Shown here in pieces: positions 36,379 through 50,315 of a stretch of 51,545 nucleotides of DNA (positions within the stretch are counted from its first letter, which is position 1; each line of letters opens with the position of its first letter). Source of the DNA: Nemertoderma westbladi. Its lineage: Eukaryota; Animalia; Xenacoelomorpha. Where the stretch lies: NCBI GenBank assembly GCA_032718475.1, contig JAUCBJ010004146.1, positions 1 to 51,545 on the forward strand, given 5' to 3'. Below the pieces are notes generated by a model. The model was given only the letters and a program-made list of their open reading frames with translations, was not told where the DNA came from and did no database searches. The translations under genes and the position numbers were made by a program.

Positions 36379-38679
36379 AACTAGTTTGGATCTATCGTAC
36401 TACCCATTGTACCGTGTACCGTCAGTCTCAGAGGTTCAGTACATCTACGGAACGCAATAATCACCTGAGATTAGTTGTTCATTTGCAGTTGATTATATAT
36501 TAATGAGTCATTGGCGTCCCTCCTGTACCGCAGTGGCAACCATGTCGCACTCTGCATGCTATTATTAAGTATAAAATTTAAAAAATACAATTTCTAAAGT
36601 TATTACTAATAATAATAGTAAAGCTAAGCGCTTTTTTTATCGTAGTTACTAGTTTTGTAGCGGTTTTTTTGTGCTACGTTGTTTTATACTGTTAATGTTA
36701 AATTTTTTTATATTTTTTGTCTGACTTCAATGACATAAATTAGTTTCGTAACACTTTTTAATGTTTTTATTTCCATATAACCATTTATCATATCAACTCT
36801 ATGGAGTAGTTAGTGTTGGTTTGTAGTCAGTCTCACTCAGTATTATTCACTTTCATTACAATAATAACTCTGGTGGGTCTCATTAGAATAATGTACCAGA
36901 GGTTTCTGGTATAGATTATTATTAGTAAACTGGAATGGAGATATGGATGGGGGGGGGGGGGGGGGGGCTAATAACAGCTGATTACTCTCAAAAACTCAAA
37001 AATAAAGCTAACCTATTCTATATATAGTTCTATTATATTTTAGTTAAATTTCATTCAAACTAGGATCAGTTAAAAATAACGTTAAACCGTAACTGACTAT
37101 CATTTAATATATCAATTAATATCATTTTTTAATATCATAGTTTTCATGTTATATTATTATATTCGCTAATAATAAGTTTCGCTTTCGTGTTTCAAATGTT
37201 TATATTTAGTGGAGAGGCTTAACATAAAAAAAAGGTGACAAAACTGCCAACATTTTTTGTAAGAAAATCCCACAAAAACATTACAGAACTATGACTCCTA
37301 CATAGTTACCTACCAATGTAGTTTCCAGAGCAACGGAAATTTGTCTAATAATTTAATACGTTTTATTATCATTTGGCTGGTAGAATATAGGAAGTTTATT
37401 CACACAACTTCTATACTAAATAGGGTATTTAACCCAGCCAATCAGATTTGTCGACCTCTAAATCCTTGTTACCAAAAAATGTATTCTTTATGTTATAGAC
37501 TGTTGCGGTTTTTAAACTAAACCAAATAAATAACTTGCGCCTAAAATCAATAGAGTAATCACGATTTTATTATGTGAAAAATATCCGCTGACATTAGTGG
37601 AAATCATTAAATTGCCTTGCAGTGCAATTGTTTAATTTTTTGCATCAATTACCTTAATATATAGGGTAATTTTTGATATTTACAAATTGAATGGATGTAT
37701 GCGACTTATAGTTACAGAGATGTAGTAATTAATGTGCGATGTGTCTGTGTAAGTTTTGTTCCTTTCCCATTGAATAACAGCTTATAGAATTAGTTAAATT
37801 ATTCTGGAACATCACTATTTCTAACCGTATTCCCCCAACTCTATCTTTTATTTACTTGCATTATCCCAATTTCTTTAGAATTTCCAGCACTAAATATTAT
37901 CTTCCACTACAAATATTTTTTGGAGCAAGAAATTTTCACTTTTTGTAATTTTTCACGATTGGTGATTCACTCAATACTTTTGGAACTTGTGTCACTGTTT
38001 TTTCACTAAGCCACTCCTCTATATTCTTAAATGGTTTTATATATAATAAATAACCTTTCAATTTATTTGCAGTTAAATTGTATCTGTATATAACCTAATA
38101 TTTAACATGTTAATTAATTAAATCTTTAACACACAATATTTACTTATAAATACTAAACAATCTAAGTGACTTAAAATACATTACTGTATGGTTAGTTACA
38201 AGGTCGTCAACCAACATGCTAAAAAGGGTTCAGCACTCAGTTTGAGGTTTGATACACGAACCGATGATGTGAAGGAGTGAAAATAAATAAATCAGTTTCA
38301 GATTCAGAACACTACTGGGAAGTACTTTGCAACAAATATGTATGTTGTGTAGTTTTATCGTAAATCAAAAATCCAAAATCGTAACCTATTGAAATGATGC
38401 TGTACAACTGGACGGACATGAAACTATTGTTATTAAAAAAGGCGTAAATATTGTTTGTGGATCTATTACGGGAAATTCGAGCAGGATACAGTGGCGGCCT
38501 TAAACATAAGTTACAGTCTGCGCCGCCGATATTGGTGTATTTTATTTTGTCCTTGGGCTTTCAATTTGAAAATGAAAGTAGTTTTTATATTGTAATGACG
38601 TAGGTATACAAGTCTGTATTTTACTTAGACATAGACACGCTGCATATTGAGATCCTTGTGTCTTTACTCGTTTACGTAA

Positions 38680-38845
38680 TTATTCCCACTATGATAGACA
38701 GCGTGAAATACGGTGATAAATCCACTAGAGTTGACTAAGGTGATAATTCCCACTAGAGTCACCGTGAAATAAAGTGATAATTCCCTCTAAAGTCAGCTAG
38801 AAATAAGGTGATAATAAATTACCACTAGAGTCAGCGTGGAATAAG
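38680..38845. repeat. Short degenerate tandem repeat (~33 bp, about 5 copies)
   Basis: gtgataa...ccactagagtc...gtgaaata recurs. Confidence 0.6.
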
Positions 38846-39349
38846 TAATGGAAAACTAGTAATCTAATCCTCGTGGCTTTATTTTCTCTCATTCACTACG
38901 CTCGTTCGCGTAACAGACCCCTCGGATCAGCACACCATAAACTGTAAATAATTTATAGCTTTTGTTCAAATATTACTCGCAGACCTACGTATGTGCTTAT
39001 CTGATATAATTGTATTTATTTTGTTTATGTATTTTTGCAGTTCACTGACACAAATATATTTACTTATTCCCGTGTCATTTATGTTTACAAACAGCAGACA
39101 ATATGCTGTTTGTACAATACGACCACAACCATAAGTACTCGTAATGGGTTGCTACTTATTAATTTTTATGAAATGCTTGCTGTATCTCAATTATATGGGG
39201 AAAGTATTAATTACAAATTTATTGTCGGTGCTTCTCAATATGACTGGTACATAATTACATTAAATGGCATCAATATATTCAATAATGACATTTACTTGAT
39301 TCCATACTGTGGGCGCATGATGAATGAAAAGTAGGATAGGGAAAGGATG

Positions 39350-42300
39350 AATGGGATTTGGGACAGGGGGGGGGGGATAGGAGGTGGGACAGGGGAGGTA
39401 GGGATAGGAGGTGGGACAGGGGGGGTAGGGATAGGAGGTGGGACAGGGGGGTAGGGATAGGAGGTGGGACAGGGGGGTAGGGATAGGAGGTGGGACAGGG
39501 GGGTAGGGATAGGAGGTGGGACAGGGGGGGGTAGGGATAGGAGGTGGGACAGGGGGGGTAGGGATAGGAGGTGGGACAGGGGAGGTAGGGATAGGAGGTG
39601 GGACAGGGGGGGTTAGGGATAGGAGGTGGGACAGGGGGGGTTGGTAGGGATAGGAGGTGGGACAGGGGAGGTAGGAATAGGAGGTGGGACAGGGGGGGTA
39701 GGGATAGGAGGTGGGACAGGGGGGTAGGGATAGGAAATGGGACAGGGGGGTAGGGATAGGAGGTGGGACAGGGGGGTAGGGATAGGAGGTGGGACAGGGG
39801 AGGTAGGGATAGGAGGTGGGACATGGGGGGTTGGTAGGGATAGGAGGTGGGACAGGGGAGGTAGGAATAGGAGGTGGGACAGGGGGGGTAGGGATAGGAG
39901 GTGGGACAGGGGGGTAGGGATAGGAAATGGGACAGGGGGGTAGGGATAGGAGGTGGGACAGGGGGGTAGGGATAGGAGGTGGGACAGGGGAGGTAGGGAT
40001 AGGAGGTGGGACAGGGGAGGTAGGGATAGGAGGTGGGACAGGGGAGGTAGGGATAGGAGGTGGGACAGGGGGGGTTAGGGATAGGAGGTGGGACAGGGGG
40101 GGTAGGGATAGGAGGTGGGACAGGGGGGTAGGGATAGGAGGTGGGACAGGGGGGGTAGGGATAGGAGGTGGGACAGGGGAGGTAGGGATATGATGTGGGA
40201 CAGGGGAGGTAGGGATAGGAGGTGGGACAGGGGGGGTAGGGATAGGAGGTGGGACAGGGGGGGTAGGGATAGGAGGTGGGACAGGGGGGGTAGGGATAGG
40301 AGGTGGGACAGGGGAGGTAGGGATAGGAGGTGGGACAGGGGAGGTAGGGATAGGAGGTGGGACAGGGGGGGTAGGGATAGGAGGTGGGACAGGGGAGGTA
40401 GGGATAGGAGGTGGGACAGGGGGGGTAGGGATAGGAGGTGGGACAGGGGGGTAGGGATAGGAGGTGGGACAGGGGGGGTAGGGATAGGAGGTGGGACAGG
40501 GGAGGTAGGGATAGGAGGTGGGACAGGGGAGGTAGGGATAGGAGGTGGGACAGGGGGGGTAGGGATAGGAGGTGGGACAGGGGGGGGTAGGGATAGGAGG
40601 TGGGACAGGGGGGGTAGGGATAGGAGGTGGGACAGGGGAGGTAGGGATAGGAGGTGGGACAGGGGAGGTAGGGATAGGAGGTGGGACAGGGGGGGTAGGG
40701 ATAGGAGGTGGGACAGGGGAGGTAGGGATAGGAGGTGGGACAGGGGGGGGTAGGGATAGGAGGTGGGACAGGGGGGTAGGGATAGGAGGTGGGACAGGGG
40801 GGGTAGGGATAGGAGGTGGGACAGGGGGGGTAGGGATAGGAGGTGGGACAGGGGGGGTAGGGATAGGAGGTGGGACAGGGGGGGTAGGGATAGGAGGTGG
40901 GACAGGGGAGGTAGGGATAGGAGGTGGGACAGGGGGGGTAGGGATAGGAGGTGGGACAGGGGGTGTTAGGGATAGGAGGTGGGACAGGGGAGGTAGGGAT
41001 AGGAGGTGGGACAGGGGGGGTAGGGATAGGAGGTGGGACAGGGGGGTAGGGATAGGAGGTGGGACAGGGGGGGTAGGGATAGGAGGTGGGACAGGGGAGG
41101 TAGGGATATGATGTGGGACAGGGGAGGTAGGGATAGGAGGTGGGACAGGGGGGGTAGGGATAGGAGGTGGGACAGGGGGGTAGGGATAGGAGGTGGGACA
41201 GGGGGGGTAGGGATAGGAGGTGGGACAGGGGAGGTAGGGATATGATGTGGGACAGGGGAGGTAGGGATAGGAGGTGGGACAGGGGGGGTAGGGATAGGAG
41301 GTGGGACAGGGGGGTAGGGATAGGAGGTGGGACAGGGGGGGTAGGGATAGGAGGTGGGACAGGGGAGGTAGGGATATGATGTGGGACAGCGGAGGTAGGG
41401 ATAGGAGGTGGGACAGGGGGGGTAGGGATAGGAGGTGGGACAGGGGAGGTAGGGATAGGAGGGGGGACAGGGGCGGTAGGGATAGGAGGTGGGACAGGGG
41501 AGGTAGGGATATGAGGTGGGACAGGGGAGGTAGGGATAGGAGGTGGGACAGGGGAGGTAGGGATAGGAGGTGGGACAGGGGAGGTAGGGATAGGAGGTGG
41601 GACAGGGGAGGTAGGGATAGGAGGGGGGGGTAGGGATAGGAGGTGGGACAGGGGGGTAGGGATAGGAGGTGGGACAGGGGAGGTAGGGATAGGAGGTGGG
41701 ACAGGGGAGGTAGGGATAGGAGGTGGGACAGGGGAGGTAGGGATAGGAGGTGGGACAGGGGAGGTAGGGATAGGAGGTGGGACAGGGGAGGTAGGGATAG
41801 GAGGTGGGACAGGGGAGGTAGGGATAGGAGGTGGGACAGGGGAGGTAGGGATAGGAGGGGCGGGGGTAGGGATAGGAGGTGGGACAGGGGGGTAGGGATA
41901 GGAGGTGGGACAGGGGGGGTAGGGATAGGAGGTGGGACAGGGGGGGGTAGGGATAGGAGGTGGGACAGGGGAGGTAGGGATAGGAGGTGGGACAGGGGAG
42001 GTGGGGATAGGAGGTGGGACAGGGGAGGTAGGGATAGGAGGTGGGACAGGGGGGTAGGGATAGGAGGTGGGACCGGGGAGGTAGGGATAGGAGGTGGGAC
42101 AGGGGGGGTAGGGATAGGAGGGGGGTAGGGATAGGAGGTGGGACAGGGGGGTAGGGATAGGAGGTGGGACAGGGGGTAGGGATAGGAGGTGGGACAGGGG
42201 GTAGGGATAGGAGGTGGGACAGGGGGGGTAGGGATAGGAGGTGGGACAGGGGGGGTAGGGATAGGAGGTGGGACAGGGGGGGTAGGGAAAGGAGGTGGGA

Positions 42301-45300
42301 CAGGGGGTAGGGATAGGAGGTGGGACAGGGGGGGTAGGGATAGGAGGTGGGACAGGGGGGTAGGGATAGGAGGTGGGACAGGGGAGGTATGGATAGAAGG
42401 TGGGACAGGGGGTAGGGATGGGAGGTGGGACAGGGGGGGTAGGGATAGGAGGTGGGACAGGAGAGGTAGGGATATGATGTGGGACAGGGGAGGTAGGAAT
42501 AGGAGGTGGGACAGGGGAGGTAGGGATAGGAGGTGGGACAGGGGGGAGGGATAGGAGGTGGGACAGGGGAATATGAGGTGGAACAGGGGATGTAAGGATA
42601 GGAGGTGGGACAGGGGGGGTAGGGATAGGAGGTGGGACAGGGGAGGTAGGGATAGGAGGTGGGACGGGGGGGGTAGGGATAGGAGGTGGGACAGGGGAGG
42701 TAGGGATAGGAGGTGGGACAGGGGAGGTAGGTATAGGAGGTGGGACAGGGGAGGTAGGGATAGGAGGTGGGACAGGGGAATAGGAGGTGGAACAGGGGAG
42801 GTAGGGATATGAGGTGGGACAGGGAATTTACCGCCCTTTTATATTAAGGGGCTAGGGCCTATAATTGATCCTATACCAGTAGGGATAGGAGGTGGGACAG
42901 GGGAGGTAGGGATAGGAGGTGGGACAGGGGGTAGGGATAGGAGGTGGGACAGGGGAGGTAGGGATAGGAGGTGGGACAGGGGTGGTAGGGATAGGAGGTG
43001 GGACAGGGGGGTAGGGATAGGGGGGACAGGGGGAGTAGGGATAGGAGGTGGGACATGGGGGGTTGGTAGGGATAGGAGGTGGGACAGGGGGGTAGGCATA
43101 GGAGGTGGGGCAGGGGAGGTAGGGATAGGAGGTGGGGCAGGGGAGGTAGGGATAGGAGGTGGGACAGGGGGGGTAGGGATAGGAGGTGGGACAGGGGGGG
43201 TAATGATAGGAGGTGGGACAGGGGGGGGGTAGGGATCGGAGGTGGGACAGGGGAGGTAGGGATAGGAGGTGGGACAGGGGAGGTAGGGATAGGAGGTGGG
43301 ACAGGGGGGGAGGTAGGGATAGGAGGTGGGACAGGGGGGAGGTAGGGATAGGAGGTGGGACAGGGGAGGTGGGACAGGGGGGGTTGGTAGGGATAGGAGG
43401 TGGGACAGGGGGGGTAGGGATCGGCGGTGGGACAGGGGGGTTGGTAGGGATAGGGGGACAGGGGGGGTAGGGATAGGAGGTGGGACAGGGGGGTAGGGAT
43501 AGGAGGTGGGACAGGGGAGGTAGGGATAGGAGGTGGGACAGGGGGAGGTAGGGATAGGAGGTGGGACAGGGGGGTTGGTAGGGATAGGAGGTGGGACAGG
43601 GGGGGTAGGGATCGGCGGTGGGACAGGGGGGTTGGTAGGGATAGGGGGACAGGGGGGGTAGGGATAGGAGGTGGGACAGGGGAGGTAGGGATAGGAGGTG
43701 GGACAGGGGAGGTAGGGATAGGAGGTGGGACAGGGGGGGTAGGGATCGGAGGTGGGACAGGGGGGGTAGGGATAGGTGGGACAGGGGAGGTAGGGATAGG
43801 AGGTGGGACAGGGGGGTAGGGATAGGAGGTGGGACAGGGGAGGTAGGGATAGGAGGTGGGACAGGGGAGGTAGGGATAGGAGGTGGGACAGGGGAGGTAG
43901 GGATAGGAGGTGGGACAGGGGGGGTAGGGATAGGAGGTGGGACAGGGGGGTAGGGATAGGAGGTGGGACAGGGGGGTAGGGATAGGAGGTGGGACAGGGG
44001 GGGTAGGGATAGGAGGTGGGACAGGGGAGGTAGGGATAGGAGGTGGGACAGGGGGGGTAGGGATAGGAGGTGGGACAGGGGAGGTAGGGATAGGAGGTGG
44101 GACAGGGGGGGTAGGGATAGGAGGTGGGACAGGGGGGGTAGGGATAGGAGGTGGGACAGGGGAGGTAGGGATAGGAGGTGGGACAGGGGGGGTAGGGATA
44201 GGAGGTGGGACAGGGGGGTAGGGATAGGAGGTGGGACAGGGGGGTAGGGATAGGAGGTGGGACAGGGGAGGTAGGGATAGGAGGTGGGACAGGGGAGGTA
44301 GGGATAGGAGGTGGGACAGGGGGGGTAGGGATAGGAGGTGGGACAGGGGGGTAGGGATAGGAGGTGGGACAGGGGGGGTAGGGATAGGAGGTGGGACAGG
44401 GGAGGTAGGGATAGGAGGTGGGACAGGGGAGGTAGGGATAGGAGGTGGGACAGGGGGGGTAGGGATAGGAGGTGGGACAGGGGAGGTAGGGATAGGAGGT
44501 GGGACAGGGGGGGTAGGGATAGGAGGTGGGACAGGGGAGGTAGGGATAGGAGGTGGGACAGGGGAGGTAGGGATAGGAGGTGGGACAGGGGGGGTAGGGA
44601 TAGGAGGTGGGACAGGGGAGGTAGGGATAGGAGGTGGGACAGGGGAGGTAGGGATAGGAGGTGGGACAGGGGAGGTAGGGATAGGAGGTGGGACAGGGGA
44701 GGTAGGGATAGGAGGTGGGACAGGGGAGGTAGGGATAGGAGGTGGGACAGGGGAGGTAGGGATAGGAGGTGGGACAGGGGAGGTAGGGATAGGAGGTGGG
44801 ACAGGGGAGGTAGGGATAGGAGGTGGGACAGGGGAGGTAGGGATAGGAGGTGGGACAGGGGAGGTAGGGATAGGAGGTGGGACAGGGGAGGTAGGGATAG
44901 GAGGTGGGACAGGGGAGGTAGGGATAGGAGGTGGGACAGGGGAGGTAGGGATAGGAGGTGGGACAGGGGAGGTAGGGATAGGAGGTGGGACAGGGGGGGG
45001 AGGTAGGGATAGGAGGTGGGACAGGGGGGTAGGGATAGGAGGTGGGACAGGGGGGGTAGGGATAGGAGGTGGGACAGGGGAGGTAGGGATAGGAGGTGGG
45101 ACAGGGGAGGTAGGGATAGGAGGTGGGACAGGGGAGGTAGGGATAGGAGGTGGGACAGGGGAGGTAGGGATAGGAGGTGGGACAGGGGGGTAGGGATAGG
45201 AGGTGGGACAGGGGAGGTAGGGATAGGAGGTGGGACAGGGGGGGTAGGGATAGGAGGGGGGTAGGGATAGGAGGTGGGACAGGGGGGTAGGGATAGGAGG

Positions 45301-48300
45301 TGGGACAGGGGGGTAGGGATAGGAGGTGGGACAGGGGAGGTAGGGATAGGAGGTGGGACAGGGGAGGTAGGGATAGGAGGTGGGACAGGGGGGGTAGGGA
45401 TAGGAGGTGGGACAGGGGAGGTAGGGATAGGAGGTGGGACAGGGGGGTAGGGATAGGAGGTGGGACAGGGGGGGTAGGGATAGGAGGTGGGACAGGGGGG
45501 TAGGGATAGGAGGTGGGACAGGGGAGGTAGGGATAGGAGGTGGGACAGGGGGGTAGGGATAGGAGGTGGGACAGGGGGGGTAGGGATAGGAGGTGGGACA
45601 GGGGAGGTAGGGATAGGAGGTGGGACAGGGGAGGTAGGGATAGGAGGTGGGACAGGGGAGGTAGGGATAGGAGGTGGGACAGGGGGGTAGGGATAGGAGG
45701 TGGGACAGGGGAATAGAGGTGGACAGGGGGTAAGGATAGGAGGTGGGACAGGGGGGGTAGGGATAGGAGGTGGGACAGGGGAGGTAGGGATAGGAGGTGG
45801 GACAGGGGGAGGTAGGGATAGGAGGTGGGACAGGGGAGGTAGGGATAGGAGGTGGGACAGGGGAGGTAGGGATAGGAGGTGGGACAGGGGAGGTAGGGAT
45901 AGGAGGTGGGACAGGGGAATAGGAGGTGGACAGGGGAGGTAGGGATAGGAGGTGGGACAGGGAGGTACCGATAGGGGTGGGCCAAATGACGTAGGGATAG
46001 GAGGTGGGACAGGGGAGGTAGGGATAGGAGGTGGGACAGGGGGGTAGGGATAGGAGGTGGGACAGGGGAGGTAGGGATAGGAGGTGGGACAGGGGGGTAG
46101 GGATAGGAGGTGGGACAGGGGAGGTAGGGATAGGAGGTGGGACAGGGGAGGTAGGGATAGGAGGTGGGACAGGGGGGGTAGGGATAGGAGGTGGGACAGG
46201 GGGGTAGGGATAGGAGGTGGGACAGGGGAGGTAGGGATAGGAGGTGGGACAGGGGAGGTAGGGATAGGAGGTGGGACAGGGGGGGTAGGGATAGGAGGTG
46301 GGACAGGGGGGGTAGGATAGGAGGTGGGACAGGGGGGGTAGGGATAGGAGGTGGGACAGGGGAGGTAGGGATAGGAGGTGGGACAGGGGAGGTAGGGATA
46401 GGAGGTGGGACAGGGGGGAGGTAGGGATAGGAGGTGGGACAGGGGAGGTAGGGATAGGAGGTGGGACAGGGGAATGGGAGGTAGGGATAGGAGGTGGGAC
46501 AGGGGGGGTAGGGATAGGAGGTGGGACAGGGGGGGGTAGGGATAGGAGGTGGGACAGGGGGGGTAGGGATAGGAGGTGGGACAGGGGAGGTAGGGATAGG
46601 AGGTGGGACAGGGGAGGTAGGGATAGGAGGTGGGACAGGGGGGGTAGGGATAGGAGGTGGGACAGGGGGGGTAGGGATAGGAGGTGGGACAGGGGGGGTA
46701 GGGATAGGAGGTGGGACAGGGGGGTAGGGATAGGAGGTGGGACAGGGGAGGTAGGGATAGGAGGTGGGACAGGGGGGGTAGGGATAGGAGGTGGGACAGG
46801 GGGGGTAGGGATAGGAGGTGGGACAGGGGAGGTAGGGATAGGAGGTGGGACAGGGGAGGTAGGGATAGGAGGTGGGACAGGGGGGGTAGGGATAGGAGGT
46901 GGGACAGGGGGGTAGGGATAGGAGGTGGGACAGGGGGGTAGGGATAGGAGGTGGGACAGGGGAGGTAGGGATAGGAGGTGGGACAGGGGGAGGTAGGGAT
47001 AGGAGGTGGGACAGGGGGGGTAGGGATAGGAGGTGGGACAGGGGAGGTAGGGATAGGAGGTGGGACAGGGGGGTAGGGATAGGAGGTGGGACAGGGGGGG
47101 TAGGGATAGGAGGTGGGACAGGGGGGGTAGGGATAGGAGGTGGGACAGGGGGGTAGGGATAGGAGGTGGGACAGGGGGGGTAGGGATAGGAGGTGGGACA
47201 GGGGGGGGATAGGAGGTGGGACAGGGGAGGTAGGGATAGGAGGTGGGACAGGGGGGTAGGGATAGGAGGTGGGACAGGGGAGGTAGGGATAGGAGGTGGG
47301 ACAGGGGGGGTAGGGATAGGAGGTGGGACAGGGGAGGTAGGGATAGGAGGTGGGACAGGGGAGGTAGGGATAGGAGGTGGGACAGGGGAGGTAGGGATAG
47401 GAGGTGGGACAGGGGAGGTAGGGATAGGAGGTGGGACAGGGGGGTAGGGATAGGAGGTGGGACAGGGGGGGTAGGGATAGGAGGTGGGACAGGGGAGGTA
47501 GGGATAGGAGGTGGGACAGGGGAGGTAGGGATAGGAGGTGGGACAGGGGAGGTAGGGATAGGAGGTGGGACAGGGGAGGTAGGGATAGGAGGTGGGACAG
47601 GGGAGGTAGGGATAGGAGGTGGGACAGGGGAGGTAGGGATAGGAGGTGGGACAGGGGAGGTAGGGATAGGAGGTGGGACAGGGGAGGTAGGGATAGGAGG
47701 TGGGACAGGGGGGTAGGGATAGGAGGTGGGACAGGGGGTAGGGATAGGAGGTGGGACAGGGGGAGGTAGGGATAGGAGGTGGGACAGGGGAGGTAGGGAT
47801 AGGAGGTGGGACAGGGGGGGTAGGGATAGGAGGTGGGACAGGGGGGGTAGGGATAGGAGGTGGGACAGGGGGGGTAGGGATAGGAGGTGGGACAGGGGAG
47901 GTAGGGATAGGAGGTGGGACAGGGGAGGTAGGGATAGGAGGTGGGACAGGGGGGTAGGGATAGGAGGTGGGACAGGGGAGGTAGGGATAGGAGGTGGGAC
48001 AGGGGGGGTAGGGATAGGAGGTGGGACAGGGGAGGTAGGGATAGGAGGTGGGACAGGGGGGGTAGGGATAGGAGGTGGGACAGGGGGGGTAGGGATAGGA
48101 GGTGGACAGGGGAGGTAGGGATAGGAGGTGGGACAGGGGGGTAGGGATAGGAGGTGGGACAGGGGAGGTAGGGATAGGAGGTGGGACAGGGGAGGTAGGG
48201 ATAGGAGGTGGGACAGGGGAGGTAGGGATAGGAGGTGGGACAGGGGAGGTAGGGATAGGAGGTGGGACAGGGGAGGTAGGGATAGGAGGTGGGACAGGGG

Positions 48301-50315
48301 AGGTAGGGATAGGAGGTGGGACAGGGGGGGTAGGGATAGGAGGTGGGACAGGGGGGTAGGGATAGGAGGTGGGACAGGGGGGTAGGGATAGGAGGTGGGA
48401 CAGGGGGGTAGGGATAGGAGGTGGGACAGGGGGGTAGGGATAGGAGGTGGGACAGGGGAGGTAGGGATAGGAGGTGGGACAGGGGGGGTAGGGATAGGAG
48501 GTGGGACAGGGGAGGTAGGGATAGGAGGTGGGACAGGGGGGTAGGGATAGGAGGTGGGACAGGGGGGTAGGGATAGGAGGTGGGACAGGGGAGGTAGGGA
48601 TAGGAGGTGGGACAGGGGGGTAGGGATAGGAGGTGGGACAGGGGAGGTAGGGATAGGAGGTGGGACAGGGGGGTAGGGATAGGAGGTGGGACAGGGGAGG
48701 TAGGGATAGGAGGTGGGACAGGGGGGTAGGGATAGGAGGTGGGACAGGGGAGGTAGGGATAGGAGGTGGGACAGGGGAGGTAGGGATAGGAGGTGGGACA
48801 GGGGAGGTAGGGATAGGAGGTGGGACAGGGGAGGTAGGGATAGGAGGTGGGACAGGGGAGGTAGGGATAGGAGGTGGGACAGGGGAGGTAGGGATAGGAG
48901 GTGGGACAGGGGGGGTAGGGATAGGAGGTGGGACAGGGGAGGTAGGGATAGGAGGTGGGACAGGGGGGTAGGGATAGGAGGTGGGACAGGGGGGTAGGGA
49001 TAGGAGGTGGGACAGGGGAGGTAGGGATAGGAGGTGGGACAGGGGGGTAGGGATAGGAGGTGGGACAGGGGAGGTAGGGATAGGAGGTGGGACAGGGGGG
49101 TAGGGATAGGAGGTGGGACAGGGGGGTAGGGATAGGAGGTGGGACAGGGGGGTAGGGATAGGAGGTGGGACAGGGGGGGTAGGGATAGGAGGTGGGACAG
49201 GGGAGGTAGGGATAGGAGGTGGGACAGGGGAGGTAGGGATAGGAGGTGGGACAGGGGAGGTAGGGATAGGAGGTGGGACAGGGGAGGTAGGGATAGGAGG
49301 TGGGACAGGGGAGGTAGGGATAGGAGGTGGGACAGGGGGTTGGTAGGGATAGGAGGTGGGACAGGGGGGGTAGGGATAGGAGGTGGGACAGGGGGGGTAG
49401 GGATAGGAGGTGGGACAGGGGGGTAGGGATAGGAGGTGGGACAGGGGAGGTAGGGATAGGAGGTGGGACAGGGGAGGTAGGGATAGGAGGTGGGACAGGG
49501 GAGGTAGGGATAGGAGGTGGGACAGGGGGGTTGGTAGGGATAGGAGGTGGGACAGGGGGGGTAGGGATAGGAGGTGGGACAGGGGGGGTAGGGATAGGAG
49601 GTGGGACAGGGGGGTAGGGATAGGAGGTGGGACAGGGGGGGTAGGGATAGGAGGTGGGACAGGGGGGTAGGGATAGGAGGTGGGACAGGGGGTGGTAGGG
49701 ATAGGAGGTGGGACAGGGGGGGTAGGGATAGGAGGTGGGACAGGGGAGGTAGGGATAGGAGGTGGGACAGGGGGGTAGGGATAGGAGGTGGGACAGGGGA
49801 GGTAGGGATAGGAGGTGGGACAGGGGGGTAGGGATAGGAGGTGGGACAGGGGGGTAGGGATAGGAGGTGGGACAGGGGGGGTAGGGATAGGAGGTGGGAC
49901 ATGGGGGGTTGGTAGGGATAGGAGGTGGGACAGGGGGGTAGGGATAGGAGGTGGGACAGGGGGGGGGTAGGGATAGGAGGTGGGACAGGGGAGGTAGGGA
50001 TAGGAGGTGGGACAGGGGGGGTAGGGATAGGAGGTGGGACAGGGGAGGTAGGGATAGGAGGTGGGACAGGGGGGGGTAGGGATAGGAGGTGGGACAGGGG
50101 GGTAGGGATAGGAGGTGGGACAGGGGAGGTAGGGATAGGAGGTGGGACAGGGGGGTAGGGATAGGAGGTGGGACAGGGGGGTAGGGATAGGAGGTGGGAC
50201 AGGGGAGGTAGGGATAGGAGGTGGGACAGGGGGGTTGGTAGGGATATGAGGTGGGACAGGGGGGTAGGGATAGGAGGTGGGACAGGGGGGTAGGGATAGG
50301 AGGTGGGACAGGGGG
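39350..50315. repeat. G-rich 26/27-bp satellite (~400 units; gtagggataggaggtgggacagggg[a/g]g) in two sub-arrays split at ~42825-42878
   Basis: Direct tandem repetition with variable G-run length. Confidence 0.98.

Noticed and set aside
39350-50315. Telomeric repeat array
   Set aside because: TAGGG is embedded in a 26/27-bp unit, there is no tandem TTAGG(G), and LINE sequence continues beyond it
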